Assembly (NCBI GenBank): GCA_951406725.2
Contig: OX597814.1
Location: 159,154,001-159,218,000, forward strand
DNA length: 64,000 nt
DNA from: Octopus vulgaris
Taxonomy: Eukaryota
Direction: 5' to 3'
The position numbers and the translations under genes are program-made. Each line of letters opens with the position of its first letter. Position 1 is the stretch's first letter. Below are positions 1 through 64,000 of this stretch, one piece after another. The notes under the pieces were generated by a model, which did no database searches, was not told the DNA's origin, and worked only from the letters and a program-made list of their open reading frames with translations.

Positions 1-1105
1 TGGTAAGTTTAATATAATGACGCATGGCTACATAGCGTTAGATTTGAATGAATAATGGTATCATCGGTACAGGACTGAGTGTTTGGGGGATTGAGGACAC
101 GAAAATTGTTTAATCTCAGAAGATAGAGTGGGACTACAGACCCACAAATTCTAGAATACTGTACTTGAAAGTTTATCGGACAGAAAGCCCTCTGACAAAA
201 AAACACTTTGATCTGGGAGAGAATCACTTATCCAGAGGACGAGGGACGAGCGAAGCCACAGTGATCAGCACACTTGTGAAGATATTCTTGTGCCAGACAA
301 GGTTAATATGTGTGTACGTATGTGTTTGTGTGCATGTGCACGTGCGTTCAGTAAAATGCAGAGGTCTGCGCGCGTTTCAGTATCTGTATATATGTATTGT
401 AATTCTGCAGAAATTATATCAATACAATGAAAAAATTCACAACGGGCTTCTGTAATGAAAACGATAAGTGACTACAAGTAATATCATTGCTTCTGTATTT
501 TCAAGCCGTCTGTTTTAATGCACAAATGAATATAAAATATGACAATCAAAACTTCAGATGCCATCAAGCGAAAATATATTTTACATTAGCAACGGCAAGT
601 TATACTCATACAAATTCTCCAAAAATAAATATGAAGACTAAACAAAAATCAAGATATAAAATTGCAAACATTTTGTTTTAAAAGAGAGCTTTGCCAAAAT
701 TCAAGCCATTCATTACACATTTCAACTTACTGTATAACACAAATTTAAAATATTATATATAATATCGAAATAATAATGCATTAGCTCATTTACAACATTA
801 TATGCTGTTTCTTTAAAACGGCGCCAGTTTGTCTCATATATGTATCATCGTTGTGTTCATTTGTTTATGTGTGTGTGTGTATGCGTATATATTTCTGTCG
901 GTATATAAACTATCTGCGTGAGATTTTAGTGCATGACTTCTGTGCATGCCTGTTTGACGAAGTTCTTTGTTTTAGATGTCAAATATATTACACATTTACA
1001 TAGTTACAGATTTCATCTAGTTACAGATTTCATCTATTATTATCCATACACGAACACTGCAGCCAAACACAAAAAGCCAGTGGAATTAATTTGAATTGAA
1101 CTCAC

Positions 1106-61569
<60,464 letters not shown>

Positions 61570-61802
61570 CTGAAAATAATATTAAATACATCAGTAAAAA
61601 TCATTCGACTAAAAGTATGTTTTAATTCTGTACATTGAACGATACTGGTGCTTATAAGAGTACTAAGTATTTATAAAACATGAAAATTACCCAAGTGATT
61701 TAATGTTCTAGAAATATTGATTAAACACATTTACACACACACTCATATACATACACACACGCATATTTGTATGTATATGTACTTTTAAGGATATATATAT
61801 AT

Positions 61803-61867
<65 letters not shown>

Positions 61868-61954
61868 AACACACGCACACATTCACACATACATGCACAT
61901 GTATACGCATATGTACATATACATATACATAGGTATATATTTATATATGTTTCT

Positions 61955-62176
61955 TTTCTTTTATTCTTTTCTTTCAGTCATTTGACTGTGGCCATGCTGA
62001 AGTACCGCCTTTAGTCGAGCAAATCGAGCCCAGGGCTTATTCTTTGTAAGCCTTGTACTTATTCTATCGGGCTTTTTGCCGAATCGCTAAGTTACAGGGA
62101 CGTAAACACACCAGCATCGGTTGTCAAGCGATGTTGGGTGGGGGACAATCACAGACACACAAACATATACACACAA

Positions 62177-62232
<56 letters not shown>

Positions 62233-62273
62233 CGACGGGCTTCTTCCAGTTTCCGTCTACCAAATCCACTCCC

Positions 62274-62321
<48 letters not shown>

Positions 62322-62500
62322 TTTATTCTTTTACTTGTTTCAGTCATTTGACTGCGGCCATGCTGGAGCACCACCTTTAGTCGAGCAAATCTTCCCGAGG
62401 CTATAGTAGAAGACAGTCGCCCAAGGTGCCACGCAGTAGGACTGAACCCAGTATCATGAGGTTGGTTAGCAAGCTACCTACCACACAGCCACTCCTGCGC
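61955..62500 (-). mobile_element. Two partial/nested SINE copies separated by (TA)n
   Basis: Tail ttcagtcatttgactg occurs twice; head at 62400-62500. Confidence 0.7.
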
Positions 62501-62573
<73 letters not shown>

Positions 62574-62660
62574 ATCGATATATATATATATATATATATA
62601 TCGACAGAAACGTTGTGTTAACAACAAAGATGAGGACAAATGTCCGTGTATGTATGTATG

Positions 62661-62731
<71 letters not shown>

Positions 62732-62798
62732 CAACAACAACAACAACAACATCGAAAAATATCTTAGGAAGGAGAACCCAGGTTCGAAATTCCCCCCA

Positions 62799-62844
62799 GA
62801 CACCTGAAGAAGGCTGGAAGGTATATCAGCCGAAACGTTGTGTT
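62799..62844 (+). ncRNA. Minimal type I hammerhead ribozyme motif (Penelope-like element pLTR)
   Basis: gacac-CTGAAGA-a-ggctg[loop]cagcc-GAAA-cg-TT-gtgtt; stems I and II pair, palindromic stem III. Confidence 0.7.
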
Positions 62845-63043
62845 AACAACAAAGATGAGGACAAATATCCGTCGAATGTAAATAATGTAAATAATTTACA
62901 TAATCCCTCATCTCTTAAATATAGAACTATGTGTGTGTGTGTATGTGTCTGTGTCTGTGTGTTTGTGTGTATGCGTGTGCGTGTGTGTGCGCGTGTGCAT
63001 GTGTGTGCGCGTGTGCATGTGTATTGTGTGCGTGTGTGGGTGG

Positions 63044-63080
<37 letters not shown>

Positions 63081-63539
63081 TAGGTGTGTGAGCACATTAT
63101 GAATATTCCATTCTATGTTTTAAGTTCTTTTGAGAATGATCTTAATTCTTGTATTAAGGCAAGCCTAACGGGTAGCTATACAGAGACTGACAAAGAACAG
63201 ACAGGTAAATCAACAGACAGACAGACAGACAGACGCACGGACGGACGGACGGACGGACGGACGGACGGACGGACGTTCGGACTGACGGACGGACGGAAGG
63301 ACGGACTGAATATAACCTTATACATTTAAATATGTTTCATCATCATCATCGTTTAACGCCCGTCTTCCATGCATGCATGACTAGGACGGTTGACAGGAGC
63401 CGGCCAGGTGTGTGTGTGTGTGCACGTATGTATGTCTGTGTATATGTGTGTGTGGGAGTGTGCGTGTGTATGTGTGTGTTTTCAGGTGTTGATACGATAT
63501 CATATAAAATAAAATACTGAATAGTTGAGCCCACTTATT

Positions 63540-64000
63540 CCATGTTCGCTTCATGTTGCTTCATGTCGATATTACTGTCTTCTTCAAGTCTTTGGAAAAT
63601 ATACCCGTGCATGGTTCTTTTGGTAGGCTGAGTGTTTCACATCCCAGTCGTCTTTTTTAACCTGACTATTTTGGGGTTGTATGGGAAGTCATCAGAAAGA
63701 ATGTGTTTCCTGAAGAGCTCGCTGCCAACATGTAGGATGTTGTTTTCCTCACTTCTCAGCACTAAGTTAATGTATTCATTTTTGCTCATGCTGTTTATCA
63801 AGTGCTGTCTGAGAGAGACTATACGACATACGAAGCTTGTCTGCACTGATTTCAACTTTCTACCTTCTTTATCTCTTCTTAGATAGAGTCAATCGACATC
63901 ACTATTTCTGATGGTATATGTCAGTATCTTGCAAGTTTTAACATCTATGGTGTGGATTCCTTCTACAGACCAGTCAAGTATCCCAAATGTTGGAATCAAC
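63540..64000 (-). mobile_element. Degenerate R4/Dong-like retrotransposon, RT thumb region
   Basis: Minus strand reads PTFGILDWSVEGIHTIDVKTCKILT...SDVD*LYLRRDKEGRKLKSVQ, then MHGY. Confidence 0.72.

Overview
AT-rich, microsatellite-dense animal genomic DNA, most likely octopus/cephalopod (inferred from the SINE and repeat landscape). The whole window lies inside one minus-strand gene for a giant Ig-domain (titin/obscurin/twitchin-like) protein. Four I-set Ig exons (267-270 nt, 61569 down to 50479) are followed in transcript order by about 48 microexons of 21-30 nt spread over 44 kb (45059 down to 1106), which the ORF track does not resolve. All have GT-AG ends and are phase 1-1. Together they encode about 470 aa of an E/T/S/V/R-rich sequence with a roughly 10-residue period. 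The microexons sit in two tandem genomic arrays: a young ~3.4-kb unit with 4 exons (about 5 copies, 24-41 kb) and an older 4-6-kb unit with 6 exons (3 full copies plus partial ones, 0-20 kb). Introns carry R4/Dong-type and CR1-type LINE fragments, a Tc1 transposase remnant, SINEs, MITE-like hairpins, an (AAT)n-bounded 580-bp element and Penelope-type minimal hammerhead motifs. Most ORFs in the supplied track are microsatellite artefacts. All coordinates were read by eye and splicing is predicted, not observed.
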